Part shown: positions 48,660-57,912 of the stretch, one piece after another
Layout of the letters: each line of letters opens with the position of its first letter
Numbering within the stretch: position 1 is the first letter of the stretch
From: a virus
Lineage: Duplodnaviria > Caudoviricetes
IMG/VR virus record: IMGVR_UViG_3300032322_001005
Location: 1 to 61,603 of that record
DNA length: 61,603 bases
Reading direction: 5' to 3' (one strand)
Translations under genes and position numbers: made by a program
The notes under the pieces: generated by a model
The model's database searches: none
What the model saw: only the letters and a program-made list of their open reading frames with translations
Told to the model about the DNA's origin: nothing

Positions 48660-49358
48660 ATGGGATACACAAATAAGATCGGCAGGAGAGATCGCCGAAA
48701 GATAAAAAAGATCGGCAAATTCAAGATGACTCGCTGGGAGTATCGCAATGAGTATCTGAAGTCGCCGGAGTGGCAGGCACTACGCGAATCGTTTTTGAGG
48801 TCGCATAGCGGACTTTGCGAACGATGCGGAAAGCCCGGCTGCGATGTTCACCACACAGCATACAAGTTCAAAGAAACCGAGTGGGAACAGAAACAGCGAT
48901 TGATGCTTCTTTGCAGAAGCTGTCACAACACGGTTCACAAAGCGATAAACTGCAAACTCCTTTGGTTTCCGCACCACAAAGAGGATGTTATTGCGCTGAC
49001 AGATGATGCTCTAAAGAGGCGATTGAGTAGATCGAAAAAGAAAGAACTTGTTCCAATGATGCTGATTAGCAACATCGTTAAGAACGGAACTTCGCATGGT
49101 ATCTGCTTGGCGTGTGCCAAGCTAAAGATAACACAAAGCACGTTTTGCTCGATTCCAGCAAACCTAAAGGCGACTCAAGCACAGATTGATTACTTGCGAT
49201 GGGTGGAAAAGACAAGGCCGACCAAAGACGGCTGGAAATACAAGAACAACAAAAAACAAACCAAGAAGAGTGCGAAAGAAAAAGAAAAGCTACGCAAACT
49301 AAAGATAAGCCTCGGATTACGAAGTGCTAATGTTCAAGAAGACCTTTGCCCGTTTTGA
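48660..49358 (+). CDS. HNH endonuclease
   Basis: EYLKSPEW...CERC...DVHH..Y...LCRSCH. Confidence 0.8.
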   Translation: MGYTNKIGRRDRRKIKKIGKFKMTRWEYRNEYLKSPEWQALRESFLRSHSGLCERCGKPGCDVHHTAYKFKETEWEQKQRLMLLCRSCHNTVHKAINCKLLWFPHHKEDVIALTDDALKRRLSRSKKKELVPMMLISNIVKNGTSHGICLACAKLKITQSTFCSIPANLKATQAQIDYLRWVEKTRPTKDGWKYKNNKKQTKKSAKEKEKLRKLKISLGLRSANVQEDLCPF

Positions 49359-49417
49359 TGCAAAGCGTATGACGTTTGACAAAAATGTATACACTTTGGA
49401 AAATCTATTAACAAAAC

Positions 49418-49819
49418 ATGCGATACGAAGAATACGCTTTAAGCATTGCCGAGACGGTAGCGCAGAAGAGCAAAGACCCTTGGAGGAAGGTGGGTGCCTG
49501 TATCCTGCGGCACGACAACTCGATTGCTTCTGTAGGGTATAACGGGTTTCCGGCAGGTATGACTGAGGATTGGTCAGACCGCGAGGAAAGGAGGCTGTTC
49601 GTCGTGCATGCCGAGCAGAATGCTCTGCGATATATCAGACCTGAAGAGTGCGGGCTAATCGCCGTTACGACGCTACCCTGCAATGATTGCCTGAAAGCGA
49701 TTGCCTCCTACGGCATCAAGCGAATCGTTTACCGCGATTGTTACGAACGAGATTCTTCCAGCGAGCGGATTGCCGAGAAGTTCGGCATCGAACTAATCCA
49801 ACTTCCTACTGCGAGTTGA
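49418..49819 (+). CDS. dCMP deaminase
   Basis: SKDP..KVGA, GYNG, HAEQNA, PCNDC. Confidence 0.9.
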   Translation: MRYEEYALSIAETVAQKSKDPWRKVGACILRHDNSIASVGYNGFPAGMTEDWSDREERRLFVVHAEQNALRYIRPEECGLIAVTTLPCNDCLKAIASYGIKRIVYRDCYERDSSSERIAEKFGIELIQLPTAS

Positions 49820-49954
49820 GAGACTGAAACGTTTTGTTCTTCAGCTTCTTTTTAGCGAGACGCTTGTCGTAGATGCTGCGATAATTATCCGTATATTTCG
49901 GGATATCCTTTTTAGGCGGATAGTTCTCGTAGTCTGATTTGGAAGATTTCTTTT

Positions 49955-50269
49955 TCATGCCAGCGATCCCATCTGAGTTCCGTAAGGCGATGACAAAATA
50001 CGCGGGTCTTTTGCAAGTGCTTTTTTCTTTTCCCTGTCTGCGAGCATTTTCTTATACTCGTCCAAACGAGATGTCTTGGCGGTTCCAAGCCTTCTTTCTC
50101 CGTCCTTATCTACAACCTGCGCTTCATCGTCTTCTTCTTCGATGCCCCTGCGGCGACGCTTAGAGTATTGGCCCGAATATTCTCCCCCTTGCGACAAGGG
50201 TTTCTGCCCCCGAGACATTCTGCGCTCGTTAACTCGGGCAAGTTGCCCTTCTGTCCAACCGTATGCCAT
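49955..50269 (-). CDS. hypothetical charged protein
   Basis: ORF coupled to 50269..50481. Confidence 0.55.
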   Translation of the reverse strand: MAYGWTEGQLARVNERRMSRGQKPLSQGGEYSGQYSKRRRRGIEEEDDEAQVVDKDGERRLGTAKTSRLDEYKKMLADREKKKALAKDPRILSSPYGTQMGSLA

Positions 50270-50481
50270 TAGCGATCAAATCCTGTTCCTTGCGATCCCA
50301 TTTTGAATCCACGAGCGCGTTCTGCGGCTTCGCGCTGATCAGCGGTAGCCCTTTCTCCTTGAATTCGCCCCTGCATAAATGGATCGCTCATTGCTTTTTT
50401 GCGTTCTTCTTCAGTCATCCTATCCCATCTGTTCCCATACATTCTGCGATAAGCCTGACCGATGTAACTGTTTTCCATCAT
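50269..50481 (-). CDS. hypothetical protein
   Basis: ORF divergent from 50528. Confidence 0.5.
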   Translation of the reverse strand: MMENSYIGQAYRRMYGNRWDRMTEEERKKAMSDPFMQGRIQGERATADQREAAERARGFKMGSQGTGFDR

Positions 50482-50527
50482 AATTTTAACTTTCTATTGT
50501 TTGCCGATAAACTATACTACCTCCGGT

Positions 50528-50773
50528 ATGAGTAAAGAAAAACTTTTCGCGCTATATCTTGCGAAGAATCCCGGCTTCGACAGCGAGACGATTACGTTCA
50601 CGCAAGAAGGTCTGAAGAAGTTCTTCAACACAACCTACGACGCGGCCTACAAGCAAGGGTTCAATCAACAGCCCGACACCGACGAATACGAGGAAGAAGA
50701 TTTTTCGCCTGCGTATTCGGCTAATACAGCGAGCGTTGACGAGCTTCTCGGAATGTTCGGTATGCGGAGATAG
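50528..50773 (+). CDS. hypothetical protein
   Basis: MSKEKLF...VDELLGMFGM. Confidence 0.6.
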   Translation: MSKEKLFALYLAKNPGFDSETITFTQEGLKKFFNTTYDAAYKQGFNQQPDTDEYEEEDFSPAYSANTASVDELLGMFGMRR

Positions 50774-50802
50774 TTGACGAGGTGCCCAGCATTTCGTATG
50801 CT
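50774..50802 (+). promoter_or_regulatory. sigma70 promoter TTGACG-17-TATGCT (leaderless dnaB)
   Basis: 8 nt upstream of ATG 50811. Confidence 0.65.
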
Positions 50803-50810
50803 CTTCTTCG

Positions 50811-52079
50811 ATGAACACCAACCTACCCGCCGATCTGGCGTCGGAGCAGGGATTCCTATGCTCCGTCATTACAAACCCGAAGATAATCGACAAGTCCGTT
50901 GACCGCGTAACCGAAGAGCATTTCACTTCCTTCGGCAACCGCGAAATCTGGAAGGCTACGTTAGCCCTGTGGCAAGAAAGGCGGGCCGTAGACCCGATTA
51001 CTGTAGCAGGAAGTCTTGAGAAGGCTGGCGTATTTGAAGAAGCTGGGGGGAAAGAGTATTTAACCCAAACCGTAGAGTATTGCCTTACGCCTTCGCATTG
51101 GAAAGAATACCTGCAAAATATCCACGAGTGCTTTGTTCGTAGAAAGATACACGCCGCAGCACAGAAGATGATCGAAGGTGCGCTCGACAAAGGAAAGAAG
51201 ATCGAAGAACTGCAAGAGAATGCGAGTAAGGATATTGTCTCGCTAAGTGCGACAAATGCCGAGAACCGTCACATATCGGCGGTTCTGAGCAATTGTATTA
51301 CGAGGTGGGAGGAGGCAGCAAACTCTGGAGGTGCGGTTAATCGCGGGCACGAGTCTGGGATCAGCAGGTGGGATCACGCGACCAGAGGATTCAGACCAAG
51401 AACCCTGCACGTTATTGCGGGTGCGGCTAAAGCAGGCAAGACTACTTCTGCCTTGCAGATGGTAACGAATCCAGCTTTCGAGAAAAACGTTCCTATTGCC
51501 TTGATCTCGATGGAGATGGGCGCGGAAGAACTGCTCGACAAGTATATCGCGCAGAAAGCCAAGGTGAATATCTCCGATCTACTGGACGGAAGGCTGGATC
51601 ATGGAGCGCACGAGAGGATGTCACAAGTTATCGCTAAATCTTCCAAACTACCAATTTACATCGCAGACGAGGCGTGTATGACAGTGACGCAATTCAAGGC
51701 GAGATGCAGGAGGCTCGTGTCCGAGAACAAGGTAGAGATCATCATGGTCGACTACGCCCAGTTGATGGAGGCATCCGGCGATCCCAAGAATAGAGAGCGC
51801 GAGGTGGCAGAGGTAAGCAGAACGGCGAAGATTCTCGCCAAAGAACTGAATGTCTGTATTGTCCTTCTGGCCCAGCTAAACGACAACGGAGCCGTCCGCG
51901 AGTCGAGGACATTCTACATGGACTGCGACTCTTTTACAAAAGTCCACAAAGACGAGGAGAATACAGACCCGTATGCTTATTGTCTAACAATAACCCACAA
52001 CCGACACGGAGCTACAACAATGGTTCCCGTCAGGTTCGTGAAGTCCCAAGCCAGATTTGAGGAGGCCAGTTATGAATAG
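50811..52079 (+). CDS. dnaB: DnaB-like replicative helicase
   Basis: N-terminal EQGFL domain; AGAAKAGKTT; ISMEM; VDYAQLM; LAQLN; NRHG. Confidence 0.9.
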   Translation: MNTNLPADLASEQGFLCSVITNPKIIDKSVDRVTEEHFTSFGNREIWKATLALWQERRAVDPITVAGSLEKAGVFEEAGGKEYLTQTVEYCLTPSHWKEYLQNIHECFVRRKIHAAAQKMIEGALDKGKKIEELQENASKDIVSLSATNAENRHISAVLSNCITRWEEAANSGGAVNRGHESGISRWDHATRGFRPRTLHVIAGAAKAGKTTSALQMVTNPAFEKNVPIALISMEMGAEELLDKYIAQKAKVNISDLLDGRLDHGAHERMSQVIAKSSKLPIYIADEACMTVTQFKARCRRLVSENKVEIIMVDYAQLMEASGDPKNREREVAEVSRTAKILAKELNVCIVLLAQLNDNGAVRESRTFYMDCDSFTKVHKDEENTDPYAYCLTITHNRHGATTMVPVRFVKSQARFEEASYE

Positions 52080-52311
52080 AATAGAAGAAACGCTGGCGAT
52101 GATGGAGCTTGTATATCGCTGTGAGACACTTGAAAGGGAAAGAGACGAGTGGAGAGAGTGCTGCGAGAGGATGCTTTGGTCTGCACCAGCGGCGTTTGCA
52201 AACAATATCGAGTGGCTTAAAGCCATGCTTCTCGCAAAGAAACTTATAGAAAAACAACTTGCTACAAGAAAAGTAAATGCGATTCTAGAAGAGAAGAAAA
52301 CTGATCTTTGA
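52072..52311 (+). CDS. hypothetical protein
   Basis: LERERDE motif as in 1830..2087. Confidence 0.55.
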   Translation: MNRIEETLAMMELVYRCETLERERDEWRECCERMLWSAPAAFANNIEWLKAMLLAKKLIEKQLATRKVNAILEEKKTDL

Positions 52312-52320
52312 AACATTTTA

Positions 52321-52662
52321 GGACAATTCCGAACGGTTCGATGCGCGTCTCCAAGGCGCGGGCATAACCGAAGAGGATAAAGTCCACCCCGTTCCTATGC
52401 CGGACGATGCAAATGCCGACTGCCCAAAATTGAGGACAGGGCTATGCAAAGCGTGATGCGGCAACGCTTCTGGATTCTGGAAGAGCATCACGGCGGGGAA
52501 AAGAATTTGCGGTGGAGCATTGAGGGCGGCACGCTAATTGGTCGTAGCTCTAGGGAGGTAGAACGGCATCCGCATGGTTGACCACTACCCTTACTTGGCG
52601 CATTCGTGCGTTATTTTCCAAGGAAAAGCATAGAGCAGCCGAGCGACCTGAACTCCACCGCA
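52321..52662 (+). ncRNA. candidate large structured RNA
   Basis: Intergenic; many nested stems; GCAA and TTCG tetraloops on the plus strand. Confidence 0.5.
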
Positions 52663-52766
52663 CCACTTTTTGTTTAGAAATCGCTGTATAGTTCAAGCAA
52701 AACTTGAGTTGCAGCGTAAATACCAAACATATTGCGCTAGACGAGAAATAAGGTAAGATAGATCGC

Positions 52767-52994
52767 GTGACCGCAGAAGAAACAATCTCCAAGTTCAAGC
52801 AAGCCTACGAAGAGGCAATCGAAGAGAACAAGCTCCTGCACGACGAGGCGGTAGAAATGGCGCAGGAGATCGAGGAGTTGGAGCAAGAGTTGCAACTCGC
52901 GGAGTCCGACATGCAGATCATCCTCTCGGAGATGGGGCGTCAGGGACTGGATATGCAGTTCGTTTCGCGGTTAAGGAAGGTAGTCGAGGAATGA
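52767..52994 (+). CDS. coiled-coil hypothetical protein
   Basis: GTG 7 nt after TTGCGC-16-TAAGAT. Confidence 0.6.
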   Translation: MTAEETISKFKQAYEEAIEENKLLHDEAVEMAQEIEELEQELQLAESDMQIILSEMGRQGLDMQFVSRLRKVVEE

Positions 52995-53215
52995 AAAAAG
53001 CGGCAAAATCTGCCCACCAGAGTCATACCCCCGAAGAGGGTGATTCAAATATCATACCCGAAAGCGAAAGTGCTGTAGAGACATTCCTCCAAATTATCGG
53101 TATGATTAAGCCGCATAAAACAGAGATCAACCTGATTTTCGAGCAGGACTTCCTCTACGAACTCGCGGAAGAAGTCAAAGAACTCGCGGAGTCCTCCAGA
53201 GCAATCCTCCGCTAG
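52991..53215 (+). CDS. hypothetical protein
   Basis: ATGA-coupled. Confidence 0.55.
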   Translation: MKKAAKSAHQSHTPEEGDSNIIPESESAVETFLQIIGMIKPHKTEINLIFEQDFLYELAEEVKELAESSRAILR

Positions 53216-53219
53216 GAAC

Positions 53220-54060
53220 ACACAGGTATATCAGGGATACCAAAAGCGAACCCTACACCGAACGGGTATAGAGTCGCAGAGAAGGGTAGGAATAGCAGTA
53301 GATCGGGTATACAGAAAAGCTTCGTAAAAGCCCGCTATTCGCGTTAGGGTAGCCAAACCGAGCAAAGTATCGGAAAGAAGAAGAAAACTCGCTGTAGAGG
53401 CTATAAACGCAAAAGAGAGGCTGGCTATACAGTGGGAGAGAGTCGTGTTTCGATAGGCAACAAATACACGAGTGGTGTCGCTATACAAGCAACGTAGTGA
53501 GTAACAAATAGTTAGGCGTATAGTATAGGCATAGATGTAGAGTTTGTGTAGAGATAATTTTTAATTTTTAATTTTGATTCGGGAATTTAAATTTTGATTT
53601 TCCCCTAGGTCGTTTTTTTACCCTGCGGCGCCGTGCCAAGTCCCCCTCCCCCTACCACGGGTGGCGTGTGGTGTGCTGCTGCCGCTCCGTCACTCCGCCC
53701 GCCGCTCTACCCTACCGCCCGCCCCGCTTGGCATGGTGCGGTGCCTCTCATGTGGTGCGGTGTGCGGTGCGGTGCCTGCCATGCTTGGCCTTGTGTGGTG
53801 CGCTGCCAGTCTCAACAATAGCGGCTGCCTTACCTTGTGCGATGGGCCGCGCTTGCCTAACCCGTTGATGCTGTGTCGCGCTACACTATAACATGATATA
53901 AACAGCAATAGTCGATAGCTGAACATTGCGCGAGGATGCCCGTAGAATGCGCGAAACGATTGGCAAGGGGTAGCATAGCGGGGCAAATTGCGATGCAATA
54001 GCGGGGCGATTAGCGCGAAGGAATAGGCAATGCGAGATGCTGGCCTGATATCACCGGAGC
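53220..54060. other. long non-coding region, candidate genome terminus/packaging region
   Basis: Purine-skewed segment, T-tracts at 53556-53619, C-run and a GT-rich low-complexity tract. Confidence 0.4.
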
Positions 54061-54079
54061 GAATCACCTTGCGCGAAGG

Positions 54080-54334
54080 TTGGCATGAAAGATGCTGCGC
54101 ATTTCCGCAAGGCTATGCAAAAGCGCAACTTGCAAAAGGCATGGCAAGAATTGCACGGAAAGCGGCAACCTTTGCCGGGTAAATCCTGCCTACCGGAAGA
54201 AATTGCCATTTCGGAAAGGTGTTGCGTTTGCGGAGCTTATGGCTTGGCATGGGAGATGCTGCGCAATTTCGTTGCGTAAGTGCTTGAAATTGCACCTTGC
54301 CATTGCCTTGGCAACACTTGGCATGGCGAATGCT
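54080..54334 (+). promoter_or_regulatory. three sigma54-type (-24/-12) promoter motifs TTGGCATG-N4-ATGCT
   Basis: 54080-54096, 54244-54260 and 54318-54334, all with GG-N10-GC spacing. Confidence 0.6.
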
Positions 54335-54386
54335 ATGTATTTTGCCAAGCGGGGGAACCCGTCAAACACCAAACCAAACCAAACCA

Positions 54387-54602
54387 ATGATCATCGAAAC
54401 CAAAGAACAGTTCGCAATATTCAGAATCCTTCAGCTTCGCGCCGCTCTCCGTTTGGAGTGTGCGGGAATGCGTCATTCAAGCGGAAGATCGGTTGCCAAG
54501 CTAATCAAGCAACAGTACGGATTTAAGGGGAGCAAGCAAGCCATACTGGAACAGCTTTGCGCACATATCGAAGCTATCAAGGCGGGGGAGGCTACCGCTT
54601 AA
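54387..54602 (+). CDS. early hypothetical protein
   Basis: MIIETKEQ...ALRLECAGM..S.GRS..K; (AAACC)n leader. Confidence 0.65.
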   Translation: MIIETKEQFAIFRILQLRAALRLECAGMRHSSGRSVAKLIKQQYGFKGSKQAILEQLCAHIEAIKAGEATA

Positions 54603-54649
54603 CCTTTCGGCGGGGGTTCTATCCCCTCGCCACCTAACCAATCAAAAAT

Positions 54650-54853
54650 ATGACAACCGAACAGATTCTTGAAATTTACCCCGGTCCGTGGAAGGTAGAA
54701 ACGAAAATAAAAAAAGACCGTGCTTGGGTAATTTTAACAGACTACAACGGGAACGACATTGCGGAGATTTATGGCGAAAAGGTTTCAGAAGCGCAAGCCC
54801 TCGCCACCTTGCTTTGCAAGCTCCCAGATGCCGTCACTCTCTCAACAATCTGA
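54650..54853 (+). CDS. early hypothetical protein
   Basis: PGPW...IAEI...P motif. Confidence 0.6.
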   Translation: MTTEQILEIYPGPWKVETKIKKDRAWVILTDYNGNDIAEIYGEKVSEAQALATLLCKLPDAVTLSTI

Positions 54854-54892
54854 ACCATGCGCACTTTCACTATCCACAAACAGAAACCTATT

Positions 54893-54988
54893 ATGAAACT
54901 TGCAAACAGGATCGAAATCTACACGCAACCGGAGGAAATTCCGGTTCGCGGAAATGCGCTGGCATCCGGTGACGATGCGGCGCTCTAA
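54893..54988 (+). pseudogene. short or truncated early ORF
   Basis: MKLANRIEIYTQPEEIPVRGNALASGDDAAL then stop; well-formed AC-rich leader. Confidence 0.35.
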
Positions 54989-55035
54989 TTTGTTCCCCCC
55001 GGAACGCCTAACTTAAACCAATAGATAAATACATA

Positions 55036-55314
55036 ATGAACCGCATCACTAAAAAAACACTTCAGGCCCGAATCGATACCATCAACTCTATCCTTGGCCT
55101 TCCGGCTACGCCTTACACCTTGCAAGAGGACGGGACGCGAGCTGTAAATCAAGGCGTCTTTATTCTTACCATGGCATATGGAGGATACGGCGTTGGAAAG
55201 ATGAGCGAAGAGGGCGGGACATGGAGCGAAATCTGGAATGGTCACATATCGGCGCGTGATGCTTATGAGCGCATTTCCGCATTCATTCGCGGCCTCACAT
55301 TCAAGACAACATGA
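55036..55314 (+). CDS. early hypothetical protein
   Basis: RITKKTL...IN...AYGGY...I.AFIRG. Confidence 0.65.
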   Translation: MNRITKKTLQARIDTINSILGLPATPYTLQEDGTRAVNQGVFILTMAYGGYGVGKMSEEGGTWSEIWNGHISARDAYERISAFIRGLTFKTT

Positions 55315-55511
55315 CAACGCCAAAAATTGACGCCGCAAAACATTTCGACCTGCACAAAAGCCTCATCCGCCTATCCGCATTACGCCTTGCCTTGGGTGAG
55401 GCACAAAAGCGGGAGGAATTCATAGACTGGCGCAAACTGGATCGCATTCTCGACAAGTGGCGGTTGCGGGACGCCTTCGCATTCTACTCCGCGCGGCCCG
55501 AAATGTTCTAA
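55311..55511 (+). CDS. early hypothetical protein
   Basis: ATGA-coupled. Confidence 0.55.
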   Translation: MTTPKIDAAKHFDLHKSLIRLSALRLALGEAQKREEFIDWRKLDRILDKWRLRDAFAFYSARPEMF

Positions 55512-55608
55512 CCTAACCCGGTGCGGGTTCCATCCCTCGCCTTTTATTGTCAAACAAGCAAACCAAAAAACGAACACAACACAAACAACTAAGGAGACTA
55601 AAGAAAAA

Positions 55609-55824
55609 ATGAACACAACACAACACATTACCCGTAGCGAAGGGATGCGATCCCGCTGCACTTGCGAGCATTGCAGAGAATCACGGCGGATTCGTTTAAA
55701 TGATTCCGCCCCCGATATGTTCGACGCCCTTCAAGCTGTCTGCGATGCCTACGGGGAACAGGATTCGCTACTAATGGCGCAAGTCAAAGCGGCACTTGAT
55801 AAAGCGAAAGGAGGCGCTAAATGA
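55609..55824 (+). CDS. early hypothetical protein
   Basis: CxCxxC; APDMFDAL...AALDKAKG. Confidence 0.6.
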   Translation: MNTTQHITRSEGMRSRCTCEHCRESRRIRLNDSAPDMFDALQAVCDAYGEQDSLLMAQVKAALDKAKGGAK

Positions 55825-55958
55825 AACCGCACAAAACACCGGAATGGATTCTTCAGACTAAATCAATCCGCCAAACACGGGAACGCAACGCAACTATACT
55901 TGTCGCGCTTTGCATCCTCACAATCTCATTCGCAATCGTCGCACTCATCGCAAAATGA
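55821..55958 (+). CDS. small membrane protein
   Basis: MKPHKTPEW...TILVALCILTISFAIVALIAK. Confidence 0.5.
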   Translation: MKPHKTPEWILQTKSIRQTRERNATILVALCILTISFAIVALIAK

Positions 55959-56140
55959 TTCACTTACACACACAAAACAAGAAGCTGACATTCGACACGC
56001 GAGCGGAAGCAGAAGCGTTCGCGGATTCGGAAGGGCTGGACGAAAACCTTTGCATTCTTCACGGGGACGGGCGTGTCCTGTCCTTCCGTAGAAAAGGGGA
56101 CTCAAAGTTCACCACGATCACGAAAAGGGAGGGAGAATGA
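55955..56140 (+). CDS. early hypothetical protein
   Basis: MIHLHTQ...FDTRAEAEAFA. Confidence 0.5.
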   Translation: MIHLHTQNKKLTFDTRAEAEAFADSEGLDENLCILHGDGRVLSFRRKGDSKFTTITKREGE

Positions 56141-56296
56141 AACCGCCAAGCGCAACGATTCATCAACTGCGGGCGATTCTCAAACTCAAAAAGCGGGTCG
56201 GGTTGCCTGCTGGCTACCTGTGGGAACTAAACAAAGCAGAAGCGGAGCGGGTCCTCCTGCTCCTGCGAATCCAAGCGAGACGAATAGCCAGATAGT

Positions 56297-56809
56297 CTAA
56301 GACTCCTCCAGCAACAAAGGCTCTCCGTTCTTCGGGATGGAGAGCCTTTCGCTTACAAGCTGGATTGCGATGTTCGTCTTGTTCTCCTCGTCGTTCAACT
56401 CCCCGGCTGCACGCATATCAAGTTCAATCGCCTTGAGTTTATCGGAGACTCGCGGCCCTTGCAGGGTTCTCCGTCCTTCCCCGTCCACCGAAAGCGCGAC
56501 ATAGGGTTTCGTTTCGTCAATCTCGTTGGGCTTGGCGCGGACTAACTCGGCGAGCATGGAACGCTTCTCAAGAATCGACATGACATTGTTAGCCCAAGCG
56601 GACTCGCGGAGTGTCTGCATATACTGCTGGACTCTGGGGCGTTCGCTGATTTTCTTTCCACGGAGATAGGAATAGCGAGGGCAGCCAGAAGGTTTATAAC
56701 CGGACTCGTTGTAGGCTTTCGCATAAGACATTCCAGCAACTAAATTGCGGGCAAAGGCCGTCTCGTAAGGCGTAAGCTCGTTCTCAAATCCTTTTTTTCG
56801 GCGTGGCAT
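56297..56809 (-). CDS. terS: terminase small subunit
   Basis: LTPYETAFA...GMS..KAY..SGY HTH; P.VQQY; DKLKAIEL. Confidence 0.75.
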   Translation of the reverse strand: MPRRKKGFENELTPYETAFARNLVAGMSYAKAYNESGYKPSGCPRYSYLRGKKISERPRVQQYMQTLRESAWANNVMSILEKRSMLAELVRAKPNEIDETKPYVALSVDGEGRRTLQGPRVSDKLKAIELDMRAAGELNDEENKTNIAIQLVSERLSIPKNGEPLLLEES

Positions 56810-56810
56810 A

Positions 56811-57359
56811 TTATTCGCAGGAGTAAATCTGGTTGTTCAATTTCAATTTCGGCAGCGGAATATCGGAAACAATAAAAGAACGATCCACAAATGCAACTCT
56901 GTTAGTTGGTTGGATTGTCAGCCTGTCGTTGTCGAGGCGGATGAAGAAAAACTCTTTGTCTTGTTCGGGGGTCATCGAATAGCCATCGAGAATATGCGCC
57001 GCGCTGAATAGATATTCCCCTCCGTAAATCTTGCCGTCGATCAGCACGGAGACTCGGAGGCCGGAGAGATGATCGTTTTCCAATAATGTGAACTCGAAAG
57101 CGTAGCAGTTCCAAAGTTGCGCCTGCGAAATTGTCCAACGCGTGTCGTTCTCGGGGGAGAAGGAGACTAAATGCGGCGGGATGTTGCGATATAGTGCCCC
57201 GCCTTCGCGCAGAATGACGTTAATTCCCCACGTTCTTGCTGGAATGGCAGTCACCCCTACCCAACAGACTTCGACCAATCCTCGTGGCTCCTCGTGCGTA
57301 AACGAGCTATCAATATAAATGTATTGATGCCTTGGTAGATGACCGATCTTTGTGAACAT
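56811..57359 (-). CDS. hypothetical phage protein
   Basis: GALYRNIP, QLWNCY, GEYLFS, IQPTNRV. Confidence 0.65.
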   Translation of the reverse strand: MFTKIGHLPRHQYIYIDSSFTHEEPRGLVEVCWVGVTAIPARTWGINVILREGGALYRNIPPHLVSFSPENDTRWTISQAQLWNCYAFEFTLLENDHLSGLRVSVLIDGKIYGGEYLFSAAHILDGYSMTPEQDKEFFFIRLDNDRLTIQPTNRVAFVDRSFIVSDIPLPKLKLNNQIYSCE

Positions 57360-57685
57360 TACTTGGAATCGTATTCTTGTCCGTCGTTAAAGTGATCTAT
57401 TCCAAAGTGTAGCGTGAGCCAAACGAACGGCTTTCCAGTATCCTCGTCCACGCCCTCTCGGAATCGTGCCGTGAACCCGCCGCCAGCGGAACCTTCGTGC
57501 TTCACCGCATTCTTGAGGTGACTACGGGCGTTCTTCTTAATCTCCCATAGTTCGGGGACTGCCTTCGGGTTTTCGGCTGTTGCCCATGTCCACTTGAGCG
57601 CGGTCATTATCTGATGGACTTTCTCAAACTCGAAATCGTCCATGATATTGTCGATCTGTTCTTGAATTGCTTCTTGCCTCGTCAC
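57359..57685 (-). CDS. hypothetical protein
   Basis: IMDDFEFEKVH.IM..L.WTW...GGF. Confidence 0.65.
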   Translation of the reverse strand: MTRQEAIQEQIDNIMDDFEFEKVHQIMTALKWTWATAENPKAVPELWEIKKNARSHLKNAVKHEGSAGGGFTARFREGVDEDTGKPFVWLTLHFGIDHFNDGQEYDSK

Positions 57686-57912
57686 AGGTTCCTCCTCGCC
57701 TTGATCTTGCGATACTCCAAAATCAAATCCTTGCCCGTCTGCGGAGAATGCTCCTGCAAAAATGCGGCGAATCGCTCGTTCATCTTCACAAGTTCAAAGA
57801 CAGTCCCGCGAAGGTTGTATTCCCTCTCTTCGCTCTTGCCCAAGAGTTTGCACTGCTCGTTTAGTTCTGTCTGAAGGGAACGAATCTCGTCCTCCTCTTC
57901 CATGAGGATCAT
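57682..57912 (-). CDS. coiled-coil hypothetical protein
   Basis: Coupled ORF. Confidence 0.55.
   Translation of the reverse strand: MILMEEEDEIRSLQTELNEQCKLLGKSEEREYNLRGTVFELVKMNERFAAFLQEHSPQTGKDLILEYRKIKARRNL

Noticed and set aside
53633-54387. Overlapping Cys/Ala/Arg-rich ORFs
   Set aside because: Products of low-complexity and promoter DNA, with no leaders and no protein-like composition
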